In this document: piece after piece, positions 1 to 9,314 of the stretch | Layout of the letters: each line of letters begins with the position of its first letter | How positions within the stretch are numbered: the first letter of the stretch is position 1 | Assembly: GCA_031551875.1 (NCBI GenBank) | Contig: JAVBNA010000020.1 | Span: 2,167 to 66,166 of the forward strand | DNA from: Oscillospiraceae bacterium | GTDB taxonomy: Bacteria > Bacillota > Clostridia > Oscillospirales > Acutalibacteraceae | Reading direction: 5' to 3' | DNA: 64,000 nt | Notes under the pieces: model-generated | Databases searched by the model: none | What the model saw: the letters and a program-made list of their open reading frames with translations, nothing else | What the model was told of the DNA's origin: nothing | Position numbers and translations under genes: made by a program

Positions 1-375
1 TAATTGAGAGCAATTCAGCGGTTTATTTCTTGTGATGAAGATGTGTTGCAAGGTGCGATATTCAAAATCTCACGAAAGGACAAGAGAATCAGTATTCGTC
101 GTACGCATAAACCCGGTCTTTTCCCCCTTCGCCTTGAAAAAGTGAAGGGAGGGCAACAGGTCGGATGGCAGCGGCCAAAAAACATTTCCCGGTGCTTTTA
201 CGCGCCCCGTTGTAAAGAAAGCGGAATGTGACAAAGGCGTCGGAGAAAAGGCTCTCTGCCATGAACAGGTAGAATCCATTCCGGGTAAAGCACCCGGTGA
301 TCAGGCATCTGTCCTAAAAAATGAATGGTAAAGGACTGAGTCCAAAGTACAAGTTTCTTTAGCATCAAAATTCCA

Positions 376-411
376 GAGGGTTGTGCGAATATTCGCACAA
401 CCCTCGTTTTT
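376..411. terminator. Rho-independent terminator, probably bidirectional
   Basis: Perfect palindrome GAGGGTTGTGCGAAT/ATTCGCACAACCCTC (376-405) followed by GTTTTT on the + strand. It lies 12 nt downstream of the stop of the minus-strand Rrf2 gene, and a T-rich tract follows on the - strand. Confidence 0.7.
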
Positions 412-419
412 GTTTCCGT

Positions 420-821
420 TTATGTAGACTTCCGGGCAAAGGTCACCTCGTCGAGCTTTTCACGCACAATAAGCGAGATGTCGTTGAAAATACCGTAAAA
501 CCGGCAGATGCAGGTTTCGTTTCCCATCGTACAGGGGTATTCCTGTCCCAGGCAGCGGCTGAGCTGATAAGGTCCTTCAATGGCCTCAATGACCTGCCTC
601 AGGGTAACCTCCTCCGGTGCGCGCGCGAGCATGTACCCGCCCTTTGCGCCCTTGTACGATTTTGCGATACCGCCTGACACCAGGTTGCGCAGGATTTTCA
701 GGGAAAAACGCTGCGGCACGCCGGTGCGCTCCGACAGGGTACGCGCGTCGATGATTTTGTCCTCCTGTGCCAGCGCGTCCACAATGCGCACGGCATAGTC
801 GGCTTCGAGCGTAATGTGCAT
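420..821 (-). CDS. Rrf2-family transcriptional regulator (IscR/CymR-like)
   Basis: 133 aa. N-terminal winged-helix signature (ADYAVRIVDAL..., GGIAKSYKGAKGGYMLAR) and a C-terminal Cys cluster (CLGQEYPC...CIC) typical of Fe-S-binding Rrf2 proteins. Confidence 0.85.
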   Translation of the reverse strand: MHITLEADYAVRIVDALAQEDKIIDARTLSERTGVPQRFSLKILRNLVSGGIAKSYKGAKGGYMLARAPEEVTLRQVIEAIEGPYQLSRCLGQEYPCTMGNETCICRFYGIFNDISLIVREKLDEVTFARKST

Positions 822-838
822 GGCTGATCTCCTTCGTA

Positions 839-1936
839 TTAGTCGAGGAAGTCCTTGAGCTTCTTGCTCCGGCTGGGATGACGAAGCTTGCGCAGCGCCT
901 TGGCTTCGATCTGTCGAATGCGCTCGCGGGTCACGTTAAATTCCTTGCCCACCTCTTCGAGCGTCCTTGAACGCCCGTCCTCCAGCCCGAAGCGCAGGCG
1001 AAGCACCTTTTCCTCGCGTGGGGTCAGCGTATCGAGCACCTCGGACAGCTGCTCCTTGAGCAGGGTGTGCGAGGCCGCTTCCGCCGGCGCGGGCGCGTCG
1101 TCGTCGGGAATGAAGTCGCCGAGATGGCTGTCCTCCTCCTCGCCGATGGGGGTTTCCAGTGACACCGGCTCCTGCGCGACGCGGATGATCTCGCGCACCT
1201 TATCCACCGGCATCTCAAGCTCGAGCGCAATTTCGTCGGCCGTCGGCTCATGCCCGTTGGTGTGCAGCAGCTGACTGCTCACCTTTTTCACCTTGTTGAT
1301 GGTCTCGACCATGTGCACCGGGATGCGGATCGTGCGTGCCTGGTCGGCGATCGCACGGGTGATGGCCTGACGAATCCACCATGTCGCGTAGGTGGAGAAC
1401 TTGAAGCCCTTGGTGTAGTCGAATTTTTCCACCGCTTTGATGAGACCCAGGTTCCCCTCCTGAATCAGATCCAGAAACTGCATCCCACGGCCCAGATAGC
1501 GCTTGGCGATGCTGACCACCAGACGGAGGTTGGCCTCAGACAGGCGTTTTTTTGCCGCATCCTCCCCTTCGGAAATGCGGATTGCCAGGTCAATTTCCTC
1601 CTCGGGCGAGAGAAGCGGCACACGGCCGATCTCCTTGAGATAGACCTTGACTGGGTCGTCAATCGAGATGCCCTCGCTGGACAGCGAGGATTCCATGTCT
1701 CCCGACTGCCCCGGAGCGGCCGTAAGCTCGATCTCCTCCAGCTGGACATCCCCGAAGTCCTCCACAATTTCCACGCCGCTGGTTTCCAGTGTGTCGTAAA
1801 ATTTTTCAATCTGATCGGGATCAAAGTCCAGCTCACCCAGCGCGTCGAGTATCTCCTTGGTGCTCAGCTGCCCCTTGGAAGTGCCCAGCTCAATCAGGCC
1901 CTTGATTACGGTTTTCTTGTCCGGTGTGTTTATCAT
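839..1936 (-). CDS. sigA: Primary RNA polymerase sigma factor (sigma-70/SigA)
   Basis: 365 aa. Region 2 motif [27 protein letters not shown] and region 4.2 motif [30 protein letters not shown]. Sits directly downstream of dnaG, as in the Firmicutes dnaG-sigA operon. Confidence 0.95.
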   Translation of the reverse strand: MINTPDKKTVIKGLIELGTSKGQLSTKEILDALGELDFDPDQIEKFYDTLETSGVEIVEDFGDVQLEEIELTAAPGQSGDMESSLSSEGISIDDPVKVYLKEIGRVPLLSPEEEIDLAIRISEGEDAAKKRLSEANLRLVVSIAKRYLGRGMQFLDLIQEGNLGLIKAVEKFDYTKGFKFSTYATWWIRQAITRAIADQARTIRIPVHMVETINKVKKVSSQLLHTNGHEPTADEIALELEMPVDKVREIIRVAQEPVSLETPIGEEEDSHLGDFIPDDDAPAPAEAASHTLLKEQLSEVLDTLTPREEKVLRLRFGLEDGRSRTLEEVGKEFNVTRERIRQIEAKALRKLRHPSRSKKLKDFLD

Positions 1937-1970
1937 TCTTTATCCCCCGTTTTCTTTTGCGTCTTTCTTC

Positions 1971-3728
1971 TCACTTTTTGCGCTCGCGCAGATTTTTGAG
2001 ATATGCCTGTATGTCGTCAGGGTCGGCGTCTGCCGTCACCGCCTGTTTTTCTTTTTCCTGTCTGATTACGCGTATATAATCCGCCGCAACCGCGCTGTCA
2101 TTCGCATTCTCCGCCGCCTTGGCGAGCATCATCGCGATCCGGCTGACCTCGCCCTCGGAAAACTCTTCGGACAGCTCCATGAGGGAAAAGCCTCTGCCCT
2201 CCTCCGCCCGCCTCAGGATGGCCTCATAGACACGCTGGTTAAAGCCTGTCACCATATCCTGCGCGTTGAGCCTGCTCTGTGGATGTTTTACTTTGTCCGG
2301 ATTATGCATCAGATATGCAAGCAAAGCCTCTTCCGCCCGCGCCGCACGCAGGTTGAGCGCCCGTTCGGGGTTGATCTCGTCCCGCTGGCCGCCCATCTCG
2401 CGAGAAAGAGCAGTAACCTCCTTTTTCTGACGGGTGCGCTCCTCCCGTTTCAGCTTTCCCTTGAGCTGGGTGAGGATGGCGCCCTTGTCCACCGAAAGCT
2501 CCTGCGCAAGCCGGGAGGCGTAGATGTCCCGCTCGATCGGGCTGTCCAGCGTCGCGAGGAAGTCCACTGCTTCACTAAGAAAGGCGACGCGGTCTGCGTC
2601 GGTTTCCCCGCCGTTATGCTTTTCCCGCAGCCGGGACAGTGTGAACTCCACCTCGTTTGGCGCACCCTCCAGCAGGTTTTTAAAGCGGATCGCGCCCTTG
2701 TCTTTTATGTAGTCGTCGGGGTCCTTCCCGTCGGGGATGCGCAGCACCTGCACCGTAAGCCCCGCCCGCCGGAGAATGGGAAGCGCCTTCTGCGTCGCGA
2801 GTGCGCCTGCCTGGTCGGCGTCATAGCACAGCACCACCTTTTTTGTATAGCGTGAAAGCAGGTGCGCCTGCTCGACGGTGAGCGCTGTGCCCAGTGAGGC
2901 GACCGCCGTGCGGAAGCCAGCCTGATGCAGGGATATGACGTCCATATAGCCCTCCGCCAGAATGAGCTCCTCACTCTTTTCATTCTTGGCAAGGTTAAGA
3001 GCAAAAATGTTGTGACTCTTTTTATAGACCAGCGTGTCGGCCGTGTTGACATATTTTCTGGCCGCCTTGGCCTCAAGCACCCGCCCGCCGAAGGCAATCA
3101 CATTGCCCCGCAGATCGATAATCGGGAACATTACACGGCCGCGGAAGATGTCAATGTGCCCGCCCGTTCGGCTTTGAGCCGCCAGATTGGCCGCCACAAG
3201 CTCACCCGGCTTAAAGCCCTTCTCTCCCAAGTGCTTGAGCAGCGCGTCCCACCGGTCGGGCGCATAGCCCAGCCCGAAACGCCGGATGGTCGCGTCCGAC
3301 AGGGCGCGTCCGTGGAGGTATTCGAGCGCCTGAGCGTCCGTTTTCGAATAAAGCTGTGCGTGGAAGAAGCGCGCCGCTTCGACATTGGCCTCCAGAATGC
3401 GCCGCCGGGTCCCCGACAGCCCGTCGTCATAGCTGCCCTCGGGCACGGTCATGCCCGCCCGCTGGGCCAGAAAGCGCACTGCCTCCATATAGTCAAGATT
3501 CTCAATTTTTTTGATAAAGGTCACTGTGTCCCCGCCCGAATTACAGCCAAAGCAAAAAAAGGAATCGTTATCGGGGTACACGGTAAATGAGGGGGTCTTT
3601 TCACTGTGGAAAGGACACAGCCCCACACGGTTGCGCCCCGCCCGCTTGAGATTGACATAGGACGAGACCACCTCCTCGATGGGGCTTCTTATTTTCAGTT
3701 CCTGCAAAAAGCTGTCCGGCAGGGCCAT
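1971..3728 (-). CDS. dnaG: DNA primase
   Basis: 585 aa. CHC2 zinc finger CPFHSEKTPSFTV...FCFGCNSGGD and TOPRIM segment LAEGYMDVISL. Confidence 0.95.
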   Translation of the reverse strand: MALPDSFLQELKIRSPIEEVVSSYVNLKRAGRNRVGLCPFHSEKTPSFTVYPDNDSFFCFGCNSGGDTVTFIKKIENLDYMEAVRFLAQRAGMTVPEGSYDDGLSGTRRRILEANVEAARFFHAQLYSKTDAQALEYLHGRALSDATIRRFGLGYAPDRWDALLKHLGEKGFKPGELVAANLAAQSRTGGHIDIFRGRVMFPIIDLRGNVIAFGGRVLEAKAARKYVNTADTLVYKKSHNIFALNLAKNEKSEELILAEGYMDVISLHQAGFRTAVASLGTALTVEQAHLLSRYTKKVVLCYDADQAGALATQKALPILRRAGLTVQVLRIPDGKDPDDYIKDKGAIRFKNLLEGAPNEVEFTLSRLREKHNGGETDADRVAFLSEAVDFLATLDSPIERDIYASRLAQELSVDKGAILTQLKGKLKREERTRQKKEVTALSREMGGQRDEINPERALNLRAARAEEALLAYLMHNPDKVKHPQSRLNAQDMVTGFNQRVYEAILRRAEEGRGFSLMELSEEFSEGEVSRIAMMLAKAAENANDSAVAADYIRVIRQEKEKQAVTADADPDDIQAYLKNLRERKK

Positions 3729-3737
3729 GTGATATTC

Positions 3738-4736
3738 TCACCCATTCCATGATTTCGGTACATACAATTCTTTAAATAGCGTGATGGCATACCGGTCGGT
3801 CATGCCCGCGATAAAATCGCACACCGCGCGCTCCAGCCCCTCCTGCCAGGTGATGGTCTGATATTCCAGGGGAAGCTCCATCGGGCAGGCGACGAAGTGG
3901 TTGTACAGCGCAGTGATCACGCCGGGCACCTTGCTTTCCTCTCCCTTGGCGACCGGGTTCAAATAGACCTGGTCAAACATAAAGCCGTGCAGCTCGGAAA
4001 ATGCCGTCTGCACTGCCTCGCCCATACAAAGCCTGTCCCCCTCGGTGTGCTCAATGATGGACATGACCAGTGTGTTGATGCGCTCGCTGCGGCGTCCGCC
4101 CAGCGTGTCGACAATATGACGAGGGATTGCGCTGTCCGAGAGGACACCTGCGCGGATCGCGTCGTCGATGTCGTGATTTATGTAGGCAATGCGGTCGGCC
4201 ACGCGCACAATGCGTCCTTCAAGGGTTTTGGCTTCCTCCCCTTTGGTGTGGCAGCGGATGCCGTCAATGACCTCCCAGGTCAGGTTGAGCCCTTTGCCGT
4301 TCCCCTCCAGTTTTTCCACTACGCGCACGCTCTGTTCATAGTGGACAAAGCCCAGCGCGGACACGTCGTCAAGCGCCCGCTCACCGGCGTGTCCGAAGGG
4401 GGTGTGCCCCAGGTCGTGCCCCAGTGATATCGCCTCAGTCAAGTCCTCGTTGAGACGCAGCGCCCGGGCAATCGTACGGGCAATCTGCGAAACCTCCAGC
4501 GTGTGGGTCAACCGCGTGCGGTAATGATCCTGTTCCGGACACAGGAAAACCTGCGTCTTGTGCTTGAGTCGCCGGAAGGATTTCGAGTGCAGAATCCGGT
4601 CGCGGTCGCGCTGAAACTCGGTGCGCACCTCGCACTTATCTTCTTCTCTCGCCCGTCCGCGGCTGCCCGCTGACAGCGCGGCATACTCCGAGAGCGTACT
4701 CCTCTCGAGCTGCTCGGTTCTCTCACGGATGGCCAT
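3738..4736 (-). CDS. dGTP triphosphohydrolase-like HD-domain protein
   Basis: HD motifs RLTHTLEVSQIAR and GHDLGHTPFGHAGE. Start moved to the ATG at 4736, which is preceded by GGAAGGGG; the ORF track extends to 4763. Confidence 0.85.
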   Translation of the reverse strand: MAIRERTEQLERSTLSEYAALSAGSRGRAREEDKCEVRTEFQRDRDRILHSKSFRRLKHKTQVFLCPEQDHYRTRLTHTLEVSQIARTIARALRLNEDLTEAISLGHDLGHTPFGHAGERALDDVSALGFVHYEQSVRVVEKLEGNGKGLNLTWEVIDGIRCHTKGEEAKTLEGRIVRVADRIAYINHDIDDAIRAGVLSDSAIPRHIVDTLGGRRSERINTLVMSIIEHTEGDRLCMGEAVQTAFSELHGFMFDQVYLNPVAKGEESKVPGVITALYNHFVACPMELPLEYQTITWQEGLERAVCDFIAGMTDRYAITLFKELYVPKSWNG

Positions 4737-4818
4737 AGGCACCCCTTCCCTTTCATGGCACAAAAAATGCGCATTTTGCCTCTATATGATATATACTGCT
4801 TTGCTTCGCAAAAAACCT

Positions 4819-5457
4819 CTATTTCCCGCAAATCTCTTGAAATCGGTAAAAACGCTCCCCGTGGGGCACCGCCTGCACCGCACCGCTTGTCGCGTCGGCC
4901 AGTGTTTTTTGCAGCGCCTCTACACCCTCCCCCGGCAGGTGAAAGGCGATTTCCACCTCGTCGGTGTACGCCGTGTCATCGATTACGCCGTCCGCCGCAG
5001 GGATGAGGGACGCGATTCGCCCGTACTGGTTGTAGTCGCAGCGCAGCACCATCTCCTTGCATTTGAGCATACGTATGATTCCGCCCGCGTCCAGCGCGAT
5101 TTTCGCACCATGGGAATAGGCGCGCACCAGTCCACCCGCGCCCAGCAGCACCCCGCCGAAATAGCGTGTCACCACAACCGCCAGATCGGTCACACCCGAC
5201 TTGAGCAGCACCTCCAGCACCGGCACGCCCGCCGTGCCCGACGGCTCTCCGTCGTCCGAATAACGGCGCTGCTGCCCTTCCCTGAGCACATACGCATAGA
5301 CATTGTGGGCGGCGTCCCAGTGCTTGGATTTGATTTCGCTGATAAACGCGACCGCCTCTTCTTCGCAGGTCACCGGCCTGCAATAGCCGATGAAACGGGA
5401 ACGGCGCTCGACAAATTCATCGCTGGCGGCCTTAACTATGGTCAGATATTCATTCAT
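4819..5457 (-). CDS. yigZ: YigZ/IMPACT-family protein
   Basis: Motifs RSRFIGY, HNVYAYV and SDDGEPSGTAGVP. Start set at the ATG at 5457 (MNEYLTIV...), which has an upstream AGAGGAA. Confidence 0.8.
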   Translation of the reverse strand: MNEYLTIVKAASDEFVERRSRFIGYCRPVTCEEEAVAFISEIKSKHWDAAHNVYAYVLREGQQRRYSDDGEPSGTAGVPVLEVLLKSGVTDLAVVVTRYFGGVLLGAGGLVRAYSHGAKIALDAGGIIRMLKCKEMVLRCDYNQYGRIASLIPAADGVIDDTAYTDEVEIAFHLPGEGVEALQKTLADATSGAVQAVPHGERFYRFQEICGK

Positions 5458-5533
5458 TTCCTCTGCCCTTTTCCATAAAACCGCCCATGAAAGCATTCTT
5501 TCATGGGCGGGAAATTTCTGCTAATAAAGAGAA

Positions 5534-6064
5534 TCAATCGTTGTCCGGCTCAATCAGGCCGTAATTGCCGTCTTTTCTCCGGTATACCACATTGATGTCG
5601 TCGGTGTCCACGTTGCGGAACATGTAGAACTGATGCCCGATCAGGTTCATCTGGAGAATGGCCTCGTCCACGTCCAGCGGCTTGACCTCAAAGCGCTTGG
5701 AGCGCACGATCTGGAAGTCGTCCTCTTCCTCGTCGGCCGGCTCGACGCTGAAATACTCCGCGACGGCCGCACCGCGCAGCTTTTTCTCAAGCCGCGTCTT
5801 GTTTTTGCGGATTTGCCCCGACAGCGACTCAATCACATCGTCGAGCGCGTCGTTCATGTCAACGGCGGTTTCCTCCGCCCGGTAGACCATGCCGCCGTGC
5901 CGGATGGTCACCTCAACCGTCTGACGGTTGCGTTCCAGCGTGACGGTCACGTTGGCTTCGGCTTTGTCTCCGAAAATGCGGTCAAATTTGGATAGTTTCT
6001 TTTCCACAAGCTCTTTGAACGAGTCTTTCAGGCTGACTTTCCTTCCGGTAATGGTATTTTTCAT
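5534..6064 (-). CDS. hpf: Ribosome hibernation-promoting factor, long form
   Basis: 176 aa. S30EA/sigma-54-modulation N-domain plus a C-terminal dimerisation domain (KPLDVDEAILQMNLIGHQFYMFRN). Confidence 0.9.
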   Translation of the reverse strand: MKNTITGRKVSLKDSFKELVEKKLSKFDRIFGDKAEANVTVTLERNRQTVEVTIRHGGMVYRAEETAVDMNDALDDVIESLSGQIRKNKTRLEKKLRGAAVAEYFSVEPADEEEDDFQIVRSKRFEVKPLDVDEAILQMNLIGHQFYMFRNVDTDDINVVYRRKDGNYGLIEPDND

Positions 6065-6139
6065 TATACCATCTCCCTTCCATCAAGTTTGGTTAGAATG
6101 AATATAAGAGCGCGAGTGAACTTGATCGCTCTTGTGTAT

Positions 6140-6167
6140 AGTATAGCACAACCCAGCAAAATTTCAA
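6140..6167 (-). promoter_or_regulatory. Sigma-A-type promoter for hpf (TTGAAA-16-TGcTATACT)
   Basis: Read on the minus strand: -35 TTGAAA (6167-6162) and an extended -10 TGCTATACT ending at 6140. A leader hairpin AAGAGCG...CGCTCTT follows. Confidence 0.5.
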
Positions 6168-6176
6168 GGGCAAGCA

Positions 6177-7019
6177 CTAAATTTGCGCGCTTTTGTGACG
6201 ATTGACATGACAGCCGACATTAACCGCCACCGGAAGCCCCGCGATATGGGTCGGATATACTTCAATTTTGACCGAAAGCGCCGTTGTCAGCCCGCCGAAG
6301 CCCTGCGGCCCGATGTTCAGCCCATTGACTGCGGCGAGCGCCTCCCGTTCCATCAGTGCGTAGTATTCATCTTGGTTCGGCACGCGCATGGAGCGGCACA
6401 GCGCTTTTTTCGCAAGCAGGGCGCACAGCTCAAAGTCACCGCCGATGCCCACGCCGAGCACCATGGGCGGACAGGGGTTGCTCCCCGCCTCGCGCGCCAC
6501 CGACACAATAAAATCCAGCACATCCTGTTTTTCCGCCGCCGGGGTAAACATGCGGATGCGGCTCATGTTCTCGCTGCCGAAGCCCTTGGGCGCCACCGTG
6601 ATGGTCAGCCCGTCGCCCTCTGTAAGCTCGGTGTGAATCACGGCGGGCGTGTTGTCGCCGGTGTTCCCTCTGCGCAGCGGGTCGGCCACAACCGAACAGC
6701 GCAGCTTGCCCTCGGTGTACCCCCTAGCGACGCCCGCGTGAATAGCCGCGTTCAGTGAGCCGCCGGCGAGGTGCACCTCCTGGCCGAGCCGCACGAAAAC
6801 CACAGCCATCCCCGTGTCCTGACAGACCGGGATATCCAGCTCCCGCGCCGCGTCAATATTTTTCAGAAGGTCACCCAGGACGGCTTTGCCCAGCGGGCTT
6901 TGCTCCCTCTTTTCAAAGTCTGCCAATGTCTCCCCCACTTCATCGGGCAGGATTTTATTGGCTTCTATGCACAACCGCGCCACCGTCTCGGTGACGAGCG
7001 CTACCGGGATTTCGCGCAA
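6177..7019 (-). CDS. Fe-S hydro-lyase, tartrate/fumarate subfamily, alpha subunit (class I fumarate hydratase alpha-like)
   Basis: 280 aa. N-terminus MREIPV...LCIEAN and motif IPVCQDTGMAVVF. TTG start immediately after the TAA of the upstream gene (TAATTG). Confidence 0.8.
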   Translation of the reverse strand: MREIPVALVTETVARLCIEANKILPDEVGETLADFEKREQSPLGKAVLGDLLKNIDAARELDIPVCQDTGMAVVFVRLGQEVHLAGGSLNAAIHAGVARGYTEGKLRCSVVADPLRRGNTGDNTPAVIHTELTEGDGLTITVAPKGFGSENMSRIRMFTPAAEKQDVLDFIVSVAREAGSNPCPPMVLGVGIGGDFELCALLAKKALCRSMRVPNQDEYYALMEREALAAVNGLNIGPQGFGGLTTALSVKIEVYPTHIAGLPVAVNVGCHVNRHKSAQI

Positions 7020-8177
7020 TTAAATCACCTTGTTTCCTCGAATGAATACCGACTTCGGCTTGCAGCAAAGGTCAAGCGGATCGCCGTCAAACAGCGAAAA
7101 ATCGGCGTCTTTACCCACCGAAAGCGAGCCCACCCTGTCCTGAAGCCCGCATATGCACGCCGCATCAATTGTGATCGCACGCAGCGCCTGCTCCCGTCCC
7201 ATCCCCTCCCGCATCGCCAGCGCGGCGGTCAGCGGCAGATACTGCACCGGGATGACCGGATGGTCGGAAATGAGCGCAACCGATGCGCCCGCACCCGCAA
7301 GAATGCCTGCCGAGGCCGGCGTCAGGTTGCGCATCTCGGGCTTGGAACGGTCACACAGCAGCGGCCCCACGAGCAGAGGCACGCCTTCCTCTGCGAGCCG
7401 GCCGGCAATCAGATGTCCCTCGGTCGCGTGTACGACCGCAAACCGCAGGCCAAACTCCCCCGCAATGCGCACCGCCGTATCGATGTCGTCGGCGCGATGG
7501 GCGTGAAAGTGGGCGGGGATCTCTCCGCGCAAAACCGGCAGCAGCGCCTCGCACTTCATGTCATATTCGGGCGGCTCCAGCTCATCGTCCTCTGCCGCAT
7601 GGCTCAAATCCTCTTCATAGCGGCGTGCCTTGTAGAGCTGCTCGCGGATGATCGCCGCCGTGGCCATGCGCGTGCTGGGCGACTGGCTCTTGCCGTGATA
7701 GGTGGTCTTTGGGTTTTCGCCCAGCGCAAACTTCATGGCGCAGGGCGCCTTCACCACCCGGCCGTCCAGCGTGCCGTCCCCCGTTTTCATGGCAAGCAGC
7801 TGCCCTCCAATGGGGTTTGCGCTGCCTGGGCCGGTGATTACGGTGGTCACGCCCGCAGCCACCGCTTCCTCAAAGCAGCGGTCGTAGGGATTGACGCCGT
7901 CAAGTGCGCGCAGATGGGGCGTGGCAGGGTCGGTGTCCTCGTTGCCGTCGTCCCCTTCAAACCCGAGCCCGTCCTCCCACATGCCCAGATGGGTGTGGGC
8001 GTCCACAAAGCCGGGGTAAACCGCCGCGCCTTCGGCGTCCACCGCCTCCTCGCCCGCCTTCGGGATAAGCTCGCTCATGGGGCCGAGCGCCGCAATCAAA
8101 CCGTTTTCCACACGCAGATAGCCGTCCGAAATGGGCTCTCCCTCCATCGGGTACAGCGCAGCATTGATCAGAACCAT
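7020..8177 (-). CDS. Amidohydrolase-family metallohydrolase
   Basis: 385 aa. Metal-binding motif PGFVDAHTHLG and a C-terminal GSLSVGKDADF motif typical of the amidohydrolase superfamily. Confidence 0.8.
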   Translation of the reverse strand: MVLINAALYPMEGEPISDGYLRVENGLIAALGPMSELIPKAGEEAVDAEGAAVYPGFVDAHTHLGMWEDGLGFEGDDGNEDTDPATPHLRALDGVNPYDRCFEEAVAAGVTTVITGPGSANPIGGQLLAMKTGDGTLDGRVVKAPCAMKFALGENPKTTYHGKSQSPSTRMATAAIIREQLYKARRYEEDLSHAAEDDELEPPEYDMKCEALLPVLRGEIPAHFHAHRADDIDTAVRIAGEFGLRFAVVHATEGHLIAGRLAEEGVPLLVGPLLCDRSKPEMRNLTPASAGILAGAGASVALISDHPVIPVQYLPLTAALAMREGMGREQALRAITIDAACICGLQDRVGSLSVGKDADFSLFDGDPLDLCCKPKSVFIRGNKVI

Positions 8178-8218
8178 CCCTTATCTCCTTTGTCTTGCTC
8201 TCTTTTCACGATAAATCA

Positions 8219-8251
8219 GGGGCGGACACAACGATGTCCGCCCCGCTTTTT
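8219..8251. terminator. Terminator hairpin downstream of the S1-domain gene
   Basis: GGGGCGGACA-caacga-TGTCCGCCCC (8219-8244), with GCTTTTT on the + strand. On the - strand it follows the stop of the 8299-8799 gene. Confidence 0.6.
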
Positions 8252-8298
8252 GTTCAGCACAGAAACCGGAAGCGTCCCAAAGAGGGTTCTCCGGCTGA

Positions 8299-8799
8299 TC
8301 AGCGGCCTCCACCGCCGCCGCGTTTGATGAAGCTGCCGCGTTTTGAATCCATCGCCCGTTTGATGTCGGTCATCTTTTCGTCGCTCGACTGCTTAAAGCG
8401 CGACATCATGTCCTCAAAATTGCCGCTGTCTGAGGAGCGGACGGTGGACTGCCATTCAAAGTTTCCGGGGCGGTCGGCCTGCGGACGCGGCGTAAAGGGG
8501 CGGCGGTTTCCGCCCCGGCGCCCTTCGGGCGCGGGGGATCTGGCCGCTTGCGGCTGCTGTTGCCCTTCCATAGCCTTCTTGATCGAGAGGCTTATTTTGC
8601 CATCCTCGCTGATGCTGAGCACCTTGACCTTGACCACCTGATCCTCGGACACGAAGTCGCGGATCTCCTTGACATAAGTGGGCGCCACCTCAGAGATGTG
8701 CACCATGCCCGTCCTGTTGCCTGGAAGCTCGACAAACGCGCCGAATTTCGTGATACCGGTTACCTTGCCCTCCAGAATTGTACCTACCTCAAGTTGCAT
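8299..8799 (-). CDS. yabR: S1 RNA-binding domain protein (YabR-like)
   Basis: 166 aa. S1 fold signature GTILEGKVTGITKFGAFVEL...GMVHISEV. Its position after divIC matches the B. subtilis yabR locus. Confidence 0.8.
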   Translation of the reverse strand: MQLEVGTILEGKVTGITKFGAFVELPGNRTGMVHISEVAPTYVKEIRDFVSEDQVVKVKVLSISEDGKISLSIKKAMEGQQQPQAARSPAPEGRRGGNRRPFTPRPQADRPGNFEWQSTVRSSDSGNFEDMMSRFKQSSDEKMTDIKRAMDSKRGSFIKRGGGGGR

Positions 8800-8881
8800 A
8801 AAGAACCTTTATCCTCCTTAGTGCCGCCCTGTGCCTGCCTGACGCGGGACAACACAAATCTGACATACGAAAATGCCCCGG

Positions 8882-9235
8882 TCAGTCCCCGGAGATAAAA
8901 ATGAACACCCTCTCGTCGGGGCGCACCAGACCAAGCTCCGACCGCGCAATACGCTCGTAGTTGGTTTTGCTGTCGCTGTGCTGTACCATCCACTCCATCT
9001 CCTCGTTGAGCAGGTTCTTCTCATGGAGCTTTGTTTCAGCCTGTTTAAGCTGAACCGTTTTCTCGTTGATGTCCAGCTCCTGATCGATGATGGTAAAGGC
9101 GGCAAAGATCGCGCCTACCAACAGCCCCAGTTTTACAAACGGAATTTTATATTTTTTCTTCCCGCCCAGGATGGTCTTTTGCACCACCTTCAGACGAGGG
9201 GAATGACCCTTATGTACGGACGGTGTTTCTCTCAT
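8882..9235 (-). CDS. divIC: Septum formation initiator (FtsB/DivIC family)
   Basis: 117 aa. Single TM segment, a coiled coil, and the conserved C-terminus ERIARSELGLVRPDE. Confidence 0.85.
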   Translation of the reverse strand: MRETPSVHKGHSPRLKVVQKTILGGKKKYKIPFVKLGLLVGAIFAAFTIIDQELDINEKTVQLKQAETKLHEKNLLNEEMEWMVQHSDSKTNYERIARSELGLVRPDERVFIFISGD

Positions 9236-9314
9236 AGTCTTAGTTCCTCGATTGATTGTCTAATACCGCATTTTATGCCTTTATATTGATTATACAATAT
9301 CTTGCCTGTGATTT

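Noticed and set aside
130-320. Cobalamin-riboswitch-like strings on the plus strand (GGTGCTTTTACGCGCCCCGTTGTAAAG, GCCATGA, GATCAGGCATCTGTCC in the expected order)
   Set aside because: The diagnostic GGGAA / GGUG-AAA-UCC hairpin is missing. The B12-box match has many mismatches, and no plus-strand gene follows. A T-box on the minus strand was also considered, but no GGUGGNACCGCG-type T-box sequence is present.
6771-8327. 518-aa plus-strand ORF
   Set aside because: It lies entirely antisense to the well-supported amidohydrolase and hydro-lyase genes. Its Arg/Ala/Gly/His-rich composition is typical of a spurious open frame in GC-rich DNA.
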